Of a stretch of DNA of 64,000 nt, positions 13,024-25,126 are shown piece by piece. The stretch is from Heterodontus francisci (Eukaryota), in contig NC_090404.1 in NCBI RefSeq assembly GCF_036365525.1, positions 18,545,134 through 18,609,133 of the forward strand, given 5' to 3'. Numbering within the stretch: the stretch's first letter is position 1; every line of letters begins with the position of its first letter. The translations under genes were made by a program, and so were the position numbers. The notes beneath the pieces were generated by a model, which saw nothing but the letters and a program-made list of their open reading frames with translations, had not been told where the DNA came from and ran no database searches.

Positions 13024-16000
13024 TTTAGGGAGCTAGGTAGCAGATTAAAAAGCAGGACCGCAAAGGTTGTAATCTCTGGATTACTCCCAGTGCCGTGTGC
13101 TAGTGAGTATAGGAATAGGAGGATGGAGCAGATGAATATGTGGCTGAGGAGATGGTGCAGGAGGGAGGGCTTTAGTTTCCTGGATCATTGGGTCTGTTTC
13201 TGGCGAAGGTGGGACCTGTACAAGTTGGACGGGTTGCACCTGAACTGGAACGGGACCAATATCCTTGCTGGGAGGTTTGCGAGTACTGTTTGGGGGTGGG
13301 GGGGGGAGGGGGGGGAGGTTTAAACTAATTTTCCAGGGGTTGGGATACAGAATGGAGGTACAGTAAGGGACGATGCACAGTCAAAAATAAAAGAGAAACT
13401 AAGTCAGTCTGGAAGGCAGAGCAAATATAGGCCTGTTAAGGCACAAGTGAAAAATGCAAGGCTGGATTGCATCTATTTTAATGCAAGGAGTCTTACTAGT
13501 AAGGCAGATGAATTGAGGGCATTGATTATCACATGGCATTATGATATTATTGCTATCACAGAGATATGGTTGAGGGAGGGGCAGGACTGGCAACTCAATA
13601 TCCCAGGGTATAGAATCTTCAGGCATGACAGGGGAGGGGATAAAAGAGGAGGTGACATTGCACTGTTGATCAAGGAGTCAATTACTGCAGTAAGGAGGGA
13701 TGATATCTTAGAAGGTTCCTCAAATGAGGCCATATGGGTAGAACTTAAAAACAAAAAGGGGGCAATCACTTGACTGCGAATGTACTACAGGCCTTCAAAC
13801 AGTCAGGGAGAGATAAAGGAACAGATATGCAGGCAAATCTCAGAGAGGTGTAAAAATAATAGGGTAATCATAGTAGGGGATTTCAGCTTCCCAAATATCA
13901 AGTGGGATAGTCTTAGAGCAAAAGGCTTAAAGGGGGCGGAATTCTTAAAATGCATCCAGGAGAGCTTTTTGAGCCAATACGGAGAAAGTCTTACAAGAGA
14001 AGGGGCAGTACTGGACCTCATCCCAGGGAATGAAGCTGGACAAGTGGTAGAAGTGTCAGTGGGGGGGCATTTCGGGGACAGTGACCATAACGCTGTAAGA
14101 TTTAAGGTAGTTGTGGAAAAGGACAAAGACGGACCGGAAATAAAGGTACTGAATTGGGGGAAGGCCGATTTTAAGATGATAAAACAGGATCTGGCCAAAG
14201 TGGACTGGGAGCAGCTACTTGTCGGAAAGTCTACATCAGACCAGTAGGAGTCATTCAAAGAGGAAATAGTGAGAGTTCAGAGCTGACATGTACCCGTTAA
14301 GGTGAAGGGTAGGTGCAACAAATCCAGGGAACCCTGGATGTCAACGGATATAGAGGATTGGATCAGGAAAAAAAGGAGGCTTATGGCAGATTCGGAGTGC
14401 TGAAAACAGCAGAGGCACTAGAGGAGTATAGAAAGTGTAGGGGGTACTTAAAAAAGTAATAAGGAGAGCGAAGAGGGGACATGAAAAAACAATGGCGGGC
14501 AAGATGAAGGAAAATCCCAAGGCATTTTGTAAGCATATTAAGGGCAAGGGGATAAGCAGGGAAAGAGTAGGGCTCATTAGAGACCAATGTGGCAATCTGT
14601 GTGTGGAGCTGGAGGACATAGGTGAGGTTTTAAATGATTACTTTTCATCTGTGTTCACTATGGAGAAGGATGATGTAGGTGTAGAGATCAGGGAGGGGGA
14701 TTGTGATATACTTGAACTAGTATTGATCGGGAGGAAGTATTAGCTGTTTTAGCGGGCTTAAAAGTGGATAAATCCCCAGGCCCAGACGAGATGTATCCCA
14801 GGCTGTTATGTGAGGCAAGGGAGGAGATAGCAGGGGCTCTAACACAAATTTTCAAATCTTCTCTGGCCATAGGAGAGGTACCAGAGGACTGGAGGACAGC
14901 GAATGTGCTCCCATTATTCAAGAAGGGTAACAGAGATAAACCAGGTAATTACAGGCCGGTGAGTCTAACATCAGTGGTTGGGAAACTATTGGAAAAAATT
15001 CTGAGGGACAGGATTAATCTCCACTTGGAGAGGCAGGGATTAATCAGGGATAGTCAGCATGGCTTTGACAGGAGGAGATCATGTCTAACTAACTTGATTG
15101 ACTTTTTCGAGGAGGTGACTAGATGTGTAGATGAGGGTAAAGCACTTGATGTAGTATACATGGACTTCAGTAAGGCTTTTGATAAGATACCGCATGGGAG
15201 ATTGGTTAAGAAGGTAACGGCAGGGCAATTTGGCAAATTGGATCCAAAATTGGCTTAGTGGCAGGAGGCAGAGGGTGATGGTCGAGGGATGCTTCTGCGA
15301 GTGGAAGCCTGTGACCAGTGGTGTACCACAGGGATCGATGCTGGGACCCTTGCTGTTGTAATGTACATTAATGATTTAGACGTGAATATAGAAGATATGA
15401 TCAGTACGTTCACAGATGACATGAAAATTGGTGGTGTCGTAAATAGTGAGGAGGAAAGCCTTAGATTACAGGACGATATAGATGGGCTGGTAAGATGGGC
15501 GGAGCAGTGGCAAATGGAATTTAATCCTGAGAAATGTGAGGTGATGCATTTTGGGAGGACTAACAAGGCAAGAGAATATACAATGGATGGTAGAACCCTC
15601 AGTACAGAAGGTCAGAGGGACCTTGGTGTACTTGTCCATGGATCACTGAAGGCAGCAGAACAGGTAGATAAGGTGTTTAGGAAGGCATATGGGATACTTG
15701 CCTTTATTAGCTGAGGCATAGAATATAAGAGCAGGGAGGTTATGATGGAGCTGTATAAAATGCTAGTTAGGCCACAGCTGGAGTACTGTGTACAGTTCTG
15801 GGTACCACACTAAGGGAAGGATGTGATTGCACTGGAGAGGGTGCAGAGGAGATTCACCAGGATGTTGCCTGGGCTGGCGCATTTCCGTTATGAAGAGAGA
15901 CTGAAAAGGCTTGGGTTGTTTTCCTTAGAGCAGAGAAGGCCGAGGGGGGACATGATGGAGGTATACAAAATTATGAGGGGCATTGATAAATTAGATAGGA

Positions 16001-16307
16001 AGAAACTTTTTCCCTTCGTGGAGGGGTCAATAACCAGGGGGCATAGTTTTAAGGTAAGGTTTAGAGGAGATTTGAGGAAAGAAATTTCACCCAGAGGGTG
16101 GTTGGTATCTGGAACACACTGCCTGAAGAGGTGGTAGAGGCAGGAACCCTCACAACATTTATGAAGTATTTTGGTGAGCACTTGAAATGCCATAGCATAC
16201 AAGGCTACGGGCAAGGTGCTGGAAAATGGGATTAGAATAGATAGGTGCTTGATGGCTGGCACAGACACGATGGGCCGAAAGGCCTGTTTCTGTGCTGTAT
16301 GACTCTA
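13024..16307 (+). mobile_element. 5'-truncated CR1 LINE: ORF1 esterase C-terminus + ORF2 APE-RT, frameshifted
   Basis: SGNH-type LYKLDGLHLN (13090-13323); APE YFNARSL, GDFSFP, SDHN; RT motifs; tail ctgtatgactctatga; candidate TSD tgagac at 13018-13023 and 16308-16313. Confidence 0.95.
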
Positions 16308-16819
16308 TGAGACAAATTGGATAGTTCTTTCAGAGAGCCAGCACAGACATGATGGACCGAATGGCCTGCTGTATGATTATATGAAATGGCGATGATCAGG
16401 GAGCATCTGCATAAGAAGGAGAAATGGAGAGTGGTCAGTGAGAGTCCATCAACAGAACTGGAGATGTGACAATGGACAGGGAGGGCCAGAGTGTCGGAGG
16501 AAGGGGAGAGAGCACGTACAGAGAGAGAGAGTCAGCATCTTCAGAGGAGGAGACAGAGGGGAAACAGTGAGTGTAGAACTGAACCCAGCCAGATTCAGCT
16601 GTTACACTCACAGAAGCAGCAAGGATGAAAAATGAAGTGAACTGGAGCAGTTATGAACTATAAAAAATGAACTGGTGAGTTAAACTCCAAAACATGGACA
16701 CATTGCAGCAGACAAGATTGGGTAGGGGGTCAGGTGACTCCCCTCCTGTAATACAAAATACATCTGGGCTGTTGGAGACCAAAACCCATCATCACATCTG
16801 GTCCAGCCCTGGGAAGACA

Positions 16820-17157
16820 TTATTTATTTTTTATTTAGCAATGCAGCACTGAAACAGGCCCTTCGGCCCACCGAGTCTGCGCCGACCATCAACCACCCAT
16901 TTATCCTAATACTACACTAATCTCTTGTTGCTACCACATCCCCTATAATCCCCTACTACCTAACTGTACGAGGAGCAATTTATCATGGCCAATTTACCCA
17001 TCAACCTGCAAGTCTTTGGCTGTGGGAGGAAACCAGAGCACCTGGCAAAAACCCACGTGGTCACAGGGAGAACTTGCAAACTGCGCACAGGCAGTACCCA
17101 GAATTGAACCCAGGTCGCTGGAGCTGTGAGGTTGCGGTGCTCGCCACTGCGCCACTG
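16820..17157 (-). mobile_element. HE1-like V-SINE
   Basis: tRNA head (gtggcgcagtgg...gggttcaattc), V-core gggttt...ggtttcctcccac and CR1-like tail. Confidence 0.85.
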
Positions 17158-17159
17158 TA

Positions 17160-17942
17160 CTGTGGGAACTGTGAATGGGAAACAGGCAATTCAAAGCAAA
17201 GTGTCTCCTATCTTCAACAATTGAGTTATCAAAGACCCTGGCAGAGAGGGAGTCTGTGGATTCAAAACCAAAATAATAAGTGTGACCTAACACCACGGTA
17301 TCATGATGAGCCATCTTCAAACCCCATTTTTAACAATGGTGCACGTTCAAAGATATTGTCTGAACCCTGCAGGGGAGAGCATTCTTTGGTCACATGACTA
17401 AAACAAGCTGATCAGACTATTTCCTTAAAGAGAGGGAGATAGAGAGGGAGACTGAAGGCCAAACTTCCAACCAGAGAAAAACTTCCATGTTTCAATCCAT
17501 CTCTGAACAACTGAGACAGAGAGAAATTACAAGGTGACTTTGAATTCCCCACCAGTGGAAGTAAACCAGAAGTCTGCAGCACTTCAGCAAGTTCAAGACT
17601 GCAAACATCCAGGCCTGCACCTTTGAAAAGATTTTCCTCCAGAGACGATGCAACAGGTTTTTGCAGACCACAAAACTCTTTTATCACTTGGGGCTTTAAG
17701 TGCATCTTACCTTTTCCTTTCAATCTATCCTTATGTGTGTTTATGTGTGAGTGGGTGAAGGTTGACAACAATTCAGTTATTGTGGAAACAATAGTTATCT
17801 TTCTTTCCTGCTGTTGGTCTGTTTTTTTGCCCCTCAAGACAGTCAGGGACTGAAACACTAGTTTAACAAAAACACTATCTGTGATCAGTTGGGAGGTGAA
17901 AAGTGGAAGCCAGTCACCCCCATTACCTACCTGTCTGTAACA
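17160..17942 (+). mobile_element. Probable Gypsy-type LTR (5' end unresolved)
   Basis: Ends in ...ctacctgtctgtaaCA directly against CR1 sequence; shares gtcacatgacta and a similar 3' terminus with the LTR at 32047-32905. Confidence 0.45.
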
Positions 17943-19337
17943 GGGGACTGAGTGTAATGTATCCAGGTTTGCTGATGATACAGAGTTAGGTGGGAAAGTA
18001 AGCAGTGAGGAGGACACAAACAGGCTGCAGAGGGATATAGACAGGTTGGGTGAGTGGGCAAGAACGTGACAAATGGAATACAATGTGATGTGTGAAGTCA
18101 TCAACTTTGATATGAAAAATAAAAAAAATATTTTTTTTGTGAATGGTGAGATACTGAGAAATGTTTGCATTCAGAGGGAACTGGTGTCTTTGTACATGCA
18201 TCACAGAAAGTTAACATGCAGGTACAGCAAGCAATTAGGAAGGCAAATGGTATGTTAGCTTTTGTTATAAAGGGATTGGAGTATAAGAGTCAAGCAGTCT
18301 TACTGCAATTAGACAGGACATTGGTGAGGCCCCACCTGGAATACTGTGTGCAGTTTTGGTCTCCTTACCAAAGGAAGGACATACTTGCCCTTGAGGGAAT
18401 GCAATGAAGGTTCACTAGTCTGGGCCCTGGGATGAGGAGACTGTTCGATTTATTCACAGAATGTGGGCATTGCTGGAAAGGTCAGTGTTTATTGCCCATC
18501 CCTAATTGCCCTTGAGAAGGTGGCTGTGAGCTGCCTCTTTGTACATCCCTGAGTGGCTTGCTAGGCTGTTTCACAGGGCAGTTAAGTGTCAAACACATTT
18601 CTGTGGGTCTGGAGTCACATATAGGCCAGATCGGGTAAGGACGGCAGATTTCCTTTCCTCAAGGAAATTAGTGAACCGGGTGGGTTTTTAAGGACAATCC
18701 GGTAGTTTCATGGTCACCATAACGGATACTGGCTTTTTTATCGCAGATTTATTTAATTGATTGAGCTTAAATCCCCGAACTGCCATGGTGGGATTTGAAT
18801 TCATGTCTCTGCATCATTAGTCCAGGCCTCTGGATTACTAGTTCAGTAACATAACCACCCTGCTACAGCAACCCCACTATAATCCATCTCCTCCTATGAG
18901 GAGAGATTGAGTAGACTAAGCCTATATTCCCTGGAGTTTAGAAGAATGAGATGTGATCTGACTGAAACATAATAAATTCTGAAGGGACTTGTCAGGGTAG
19001 ATGCTGAGAAAATGTTTCCCCTGTCTGGGGAATCTAGAACACTGGGTCACAGTCTCAGGATAAGTGGTCGGTCATTTAGGACTGAAATGAGGAGAAATTT
19101 CTTCACTGAAAGGGTTGTGAATCTTTGGAATTGTCTACCCCAGGGAGCTGTGGATGCTCAGTCGTTGAGTATATTTAAGACAGAGATTGATAGATTTTTG
19201 GGTACTGAGTGAATTAAGGGATATGGGGATAGTGCGGGAAGGTGGAGTTGAGGTAGAAGATCAGCCATGATCTTGGTGAATGGCAGAACAGGCTCGAAGG
19301 GCCAAATGGCCTCCTCCAGCCCCTATTTCTTATGTTC
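17943..19337 (+). mobile_element. CR1 3' fragment with tail
   Basis: FADD-like start, [29 protein letters not shown] and 3' hairpin. Confidence 0.88.
18447..18865 (-). mobile_element. SINE, same family as 11790-12197
   Basis: Reverse-complement homology including the tail tttattgcccatccctaattgcccttg. Confidence 0.75.
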
Positions 19338-20529
19338 ATTAAACCTCAGTCTGGTTCCTCTCAAGCTGCTGAGTGAGTGAATTAAATCTTTCTTGACAAA
19401 TCACCAAGATACCAGAGTACAAGTCATGCCCAAAACATCATTTATTGGTTACAAATCACAATTTAGTTAAATCTGGGCACACAGACACTTTATAGACATG
19501 TATAAACACATAGAAATGTAATCAGAGTTATCCAGCAGTTGAGCACTAATAGGGAGAGTATTTCACAAAACAAGTAACAAATACAGGGGTGAGAGTGGCC
19601 AAAGACCAAAAGGTCTGAAAATTATTGGCCAAAGACAAAACATCTGATGTTTTTTTGACAATGAATTGTGCAATTACAGCACTGTTATTGAAGCAAACTT
19701 GTTGAGTAATGGCAATTTTGTACAATTTTGCATCTGTAATGAATAAAATTGCTCTGTACTCAGAATACAATTTCATGAGACTTACCTGACAGCTGATAAT
19801 TGGTTTTACAGAGCTTCATCTTCTCAATGTCCTGCTTCTGCCTATTTATAGCTTGTTCATGTAAAAGGTGTTCTGTGAAGATGTGTCAACTTTAATGGAA
19901 AGCGATATATATAAACATACCAGATGGCACGTTCTGGTACCTTGGTAAGTGATGTGAAGAAATCAGTAGGTATATAAATTAATAAAAAGTAAACATTTCA
20001 GAGACATTGACAATCCAGAAACTTGAACATAAGTGGGGTCATTGTTCTTATTTTGTGCTGTGACATAATCACCTGAACGAAGCAGAAAGCAAAACCAGGT
20101 AGGGAGGATTGTATACCAGTTATACAGCCTGTCCAATTTGCTGTCCATTAACTTAAATGGACAGGAATATCACATACATTCTGTTAGGAGCATGTGATAC
20201 TCCTGACCCAATTTTCCTTCAGACAATTATTTATCTTCAAGCACAAAAGAGGAAAATAACCTTATTAACTTTAATATGGTGCCTCTTAAAATAGTATGTT
20301 TGTTTTTAAATATCATGACTCATGGTAATTTGTCATACTATAAAGATTCTAAACTAAAATAATCTTGTTTGCAGTGCAGATCTCATAATCTTAATGAAAA
20401 ATTTAAAAAAATGTGATTTTCCTCTTCAAAGGGTCCAAATATTATGCAACGTAAAAATTGTACCAGATCTTGCTAGTGACAGTGGAAAAGTAATGAGACT
20501 AGTGTTGTACCTCTGGGAAGCAAATCCTG

Positions 20530-20685
20530 CACTCCGGGTCCCACTACCTGGTGGGACGTCCTGCCCCATGTGGCCAAAGATCTGCGGGTCGAGAATCAGC
20601 CTGTTCAGTGACCTGAAGACCCATGGCAGAAACTCGTGACCTTGAGTAAACGTCATCCTCGAATCGAGGGACAGCCGATGACGAC
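20530..20685 (+). mobile_element. RTE LINE 3' end
   Basis: SCPMWPKICGSRISLFSDLKTH degenerate C-terminal zinc motif, then hairpin cctcga-a-tcgagg and a short gat/gac tail. Confidence 0.65.
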
Positions 20686-22403
20686 CTCTACAGTAACAAG
20701 TTTGAGGTTCTGTTGCATCATCCCCAAATCAGGCTCAAAAGTTTGGGAATGGCCCCGTGACAATGCAGCAGGTCCAATGGACAGCTGTATATCCCAACAG
20801 TGATAAACACTTCTGGCTCCTGTTCTACTGCATCAATTGGTGCAGTGGCAGCTGCATTTAACAGCAAGGTGAGCTGAAAATCATAACTATTGTGTTGGCT
20901 CGGAGAAAGGCAGCACTCTGTATATACATATTCATACATGTACAGAGTATTGTGTCATCAACCTCAGAAACCCAGTGACCATTTATAGCGACTGCAGAGA
21001 GCTCACAGGATAGTTGCACTGTAGCCAATGCAGAGCATTTGTGGTGCAGGACAGCCTTTTCCAGATAATCTTAAGCAATGCCTAACCACACATTGAAGAA
21101 AGATGGCCAGAGTTATACTCCTTGTCTTGCATCACTATGGTGCAAAAGACAGCTTCACACTGACTCCAGGTTTACAGTGTGACTGGGGCAGTAGACAGTG
21201 AAAGTGGAGATGAACAATGAATGGAATTCAGCCATACACCTGAGCAAACCAATAAGTGGAAAATCCAGATCACTTCAGTTGCTGCAAAGCACAGGATATA
21301 TTCAGTTTATACAGCTCATGCTCACTGCAGGATATTCACAGACAGTAACCAGTTTGTGCAGAGTTTTCAGAAATTACTTCAGACACACACTGCTGTGTAA
21401 ATGGAAGCAAGTTTCAAATTCCTATTGACAGACCAATGTTTTTGCCGCAGACCAGCGACTTGCCAGCTACTGATCCTGCACCATTAATTTTAAGCCATAC
21501 CAAATGAGCTGTGTCAGTTCTCAACTAGTCTCTGCTAAGATATCCCATGAAGGCAAAAACAAACACTCGGAATTGGTCATACAAATGAACATGCGAATTA
21601 GGAGCAGAAGTTGGCCATTCTGCCCCTCTAGCCTGCTCTGCCATTCAATAAGATCATGGCTGATCTGTTTGTGTATCGAATTCCAAACTCCCATCTACCC
21701 TCGATAACCTTCAATTCCCTTGCCTAACAAGAATCTATCTACCCCGGCTTTAAACATATTCAATGACCCCGCCTCGACCTCCTTCTGAGGCAGAGAGTTC
21801 CAAGGCTGCACAAACTCTCTGAGAGACAAAATTTCTCCTCATCTCTGTCCTAAAAGGGCGACCCCTAATTTTAAAACAGTGTCCCCTAGTTCTGGACTCA
21901 CCCACACGAGGAAACATCCTTTCCACATCCACCTTGTCAAAACCATTCAGGATCTTATATACTTCAATTAAGTCTCCCTCACTCTTCTAAACTCCAGTGA
22001 AAACGAGCCCAGTCTGTCCAACCTTTCCTCATAAGACAACAAACTCATTCCAGGTATCAATCTAGTAAACCTCCTTTGAACCTCCTTCAACACATTTACA
22101 TCCTTTCTTAAATAAGGATACCAAAACTGCACACAGTATTTGAGATGTGGTCTCACCAATGCCCTGTATAACTGAAGCATAACATCCTTACTTTTATTTT
22201 CAATTCCTCTCATAATCAGGGGTAGCGTTCCATTCGCCTTATTACTTTTTGTGACTCATGCACTAAAATACCTAGAGCCCTCTCCATTTAAGTAATACTC
22301 TGCTTTTTTATTCCTCTTGCCAAAGTGAACAACTTCACATTTCCCACATTATACTCCATCTGCCAGATTTTGCCCACTCACTCAACCTACATATATTGGT
22401 CTG

Positions 22404-23012
22404 TGTTGGATCTCAGTTTTTTTATGTTCTCATTGGTTACACCAAAAAGAGACGATGTCCGACTGTAGCTATAAGAAACTTTATTGTAGTACTTAGTGGT
22501 TACATCATCAGCAAAGCAAACAACAACAACACCTGGGCTCTCCTCCCTCTTCCTCCGTGCTGGAGGAGGGAATTCAAGCCTTTCTTATAGTTCTTCTTAC
22601 AAATTAGTGACACCCCCTTTATGTTCCCAATTGGTTCACAAGCTTTGCAGTTTCTTGGTGTCAGGGCCTGATTGGGGCACTGCCTTGTCGCCCTCTCCTC
22701 AAGCAGTTTCTTATTCCCCTATCTCCTGGGAACGTTGGGCTGATTGTCATACAAAGGGTTAGTCTTCAACAGCTGCAGCTGTCCTGCTAAGATTTAGCTG
22801 GTTAGTCTATTTCTACTGATAAGCTGTCCCTACAGCACTGAATAGGCTACGATTAATTTCTGATAAGCTGTCTGCTGAAGCTCTAAAGCTATGAAGTCAT
22901 TCCTGATAAGCTGTCTGTGCAGCTCCGAAGTTAGTTTGTTAGTGATACATGATTAATTATTTCATCTTAAATGTCCCCATATTATTCTGTTCTTGAAAAT
23001 TCTGTTCTCACA
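22404..23012 (-). mobile_element. Solo ERV LTR (609 bp)
   Basis: TG...CA termini; 5-bp TSD gtctg (22399-22403, 23013-23017); minus-strand TATAAG near 22585 and AATAAA at 22480-22485; the paralogue carries a PBS. Confidence 0.88.
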
Positions 23013-23197
23013 GTCTGCAACCTCATGTCCTCTTCACAACATATTTTCCTACCAATCTTTGTGTCATCTGCCAATTTAGCTACCATGCCATCACTCCCCT
23101 CATCTAAGTCATTGATATAAATTGTAAAAAGTTGAGGCCCCTGCAGGACTCCACTCGACAAATCCTGCCAATCAGAAAAGGACCCATTTATGTATAC

Positions 23198-23530
23198 TTT
23201 TTTTTTTTAGAGATACAGCACTGAAACAGGCTCCTCGGCCCACTGAGTCTGTGCCGAACATCAACCACCCATTTTATACTAATCCTACACTAATCCCATA
23301 TTCCTACCACATCCCCACCTGTCCCTACATTTCCCTACCACCTACCTATACTAGGGGCAATTTATAATGGCCAAATAACCTATCAAGCTGCAAGTCTTTG
23401 GCATGTGGGAGGAAACCGGAGCACCCGGAGGAAACCCACGCAGACACAGGGAGAACTTGCAAACTCCACACAGGCAGTACCCAGAATTGAACCCGGGTCG
23501 CTGGAGCTGTGAGGCTGCTAACCACTGTGC
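23198..23530 (-). mobile_element. HE1-like V-SINE, present in unit A only
   Basis: Near full-length SINE with poly(A)-like tail; empty site at about 37725-37740. Confidence 0.88.
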
Positions 23531-23721
23531 CAGCCAATCGTCTATTCATGCTAATGTGTTCCCCCACTACACCATGAGTTTCTACTTTGTGCAGTAACCT
23601 TTTATGTGGCACCTTGTCAAATGCCTTCTGGAAATCCAAGTACAGTCGTTAACGGGCTCCCCTTTATCCACAGCACATGTTACTCCTTCAAAGAACTCCA
23701 GTAAATTGGTTAAACATGATT

Positions 23722-24727
23722 TCTATCTTTCTTTGGCCTCCTTATCTCGAGAGACAATGGGTAAGCGCCTGGAGGTGGTCAGTGGTGTGTGGAGCAGCGC
23801 CTGGAGTGGCTATAAAGGCCAATTCTAGAGTAACAGGCTCTTCCACAGGTGCTGCAGAAAAATTTGTTTGTCGGGGCTGTTACACAGTTGGCTCTCCCCT
23901 TGCGCTTTTGTATTTTTTCCTGCCAACTGCTATGTCTCTTCAACTCGCCGTACTTTAGCCCCACCTTTATGGCTGCCCACCAGCTCTGGCGAACGCTGAC
24001 AACTGACTCCCACGACTTGTGATCAATGTCACAGGACTTCATGGCGCGTTTGCAGACATCTTTAAAGCGGACACCTGGACGGCCGATGGGTCTGATACCA
24101 GTGGCGAGCTCGCTGTACAATGTATCTTTGGGGATCCTGCCATCTTCCATGTGGCTCACATGGCCAAGCCATCTCAAGCACCGCTGACTCAGTAGTGTGT
24201 ATAAGCTGGGGATGTTGGCCGCCTCGAGGACTTCTGTGTTGGAGATACGGCCACCTGATGCCAAGTATTCTCCGGAGGCAGATAGTTGAGCCTAGGTAGG
24301 TGAACTCTTGAACCACTTCCAGAGGGTGGTCGCCAATATTGATGGATGGAGCATTTCTGACATCCCGTCCCATGATATTCCTTTTTTTGAGGCTGACGGT
24401 TAGGCCAAAATCATTGCAGACAGCCGCAAACCTGTCGATGAGACTCTGCAGGCACTCTTCAGTGTGAGATGTTAAAGCAGCATCGTCAGCAAAGAGGAGT
24501 TCCCTGATGAGGACTTTCTGTACTTTGAACTTCGCTCTTAGACAGGCAAGGTTGAACAACCTGCCCCCTGATCTTGTATGGAGGAAAATTCCTTCTTCAG
24601 AAGACTTGAACGCATGTGAGAGCAGCAGGGAGAAGAAAATCCCAAAAAGTGAGGGTGCGAGAACATAGCCCTGTTTCATGCCACTCAGGAGAGGAAAGGG
24701 GTCTGATGAGGTACCGCCATGTTGAAG
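23722..24727 (-). mobile_element. RTE LINE, 5'-truncated and internally deleted, unit A only
   Basis: GMKQGYVLAP, LLFADDAAL, LRWLGHV, CSTCGRAC..IGLYSH; empty site at about 37930. Confidence 0.9.
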
Positions 24728-25126
24728 TGATCTCTCTTTCACAAAACTGTGCTGACTATTCCCGATTACATTGAGTTTTTCTAAGTGCACAGTTAGAGCC
24801 TCCTTAATGAATGATTCTAACACCTTCCCCACGACTGCTCTGAGTATACACACACCTCCTGTTTTGCCATTTACAGAAGACTGACACACTGAAGTTGTGA
24901 AGGAGTATGCAGTTGCAACCACTTGCTTTCCTGGTTGAAGCTCATTTCCACCGAGGTGGAAGAAAATAAAAAACAAAGACGACTTAAAAACGGTTTGTGG
25001 TTGTACCGGCATTAAAGAAAATCAGAACTATCAGTGGCTAAGGTTGGAAAGGGAAAAATCATTGGTTGATTTCCAAAACCCCAATGTTGGAAAACCGCCA
25101 TTTGGCAGAAACTTCTCATCCCCGAT

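Larger units (their letters stand above)
21580..24840 (-). mobile_element. CR1 fragment hosting nested LTR, SINE and RTE
   Basis: ORFs 21750..21932, 21968..22213 and 23346..23639 (MDFQKAFDKVPH). Confidence 0.88.

Noticed and set aside
13024-16307. Active CR1
   Set aside because: 5'-truncated with multiple stops and frameshifts
17412-18170. 252-aa ORF
   Set aside because: Antisense to CR1 plus LTR-like sequence; no domain motifs
21010-21400. Long near-open + frame at the start of the duplication unit
   Set aside because: Three stops, an indel in copy B and no recognisable domain
24062-25012. 316-aa novel protein ORF
   Set aside because: Chance read-through joining ZNF 3' UTR, CR1 and RTE sequence
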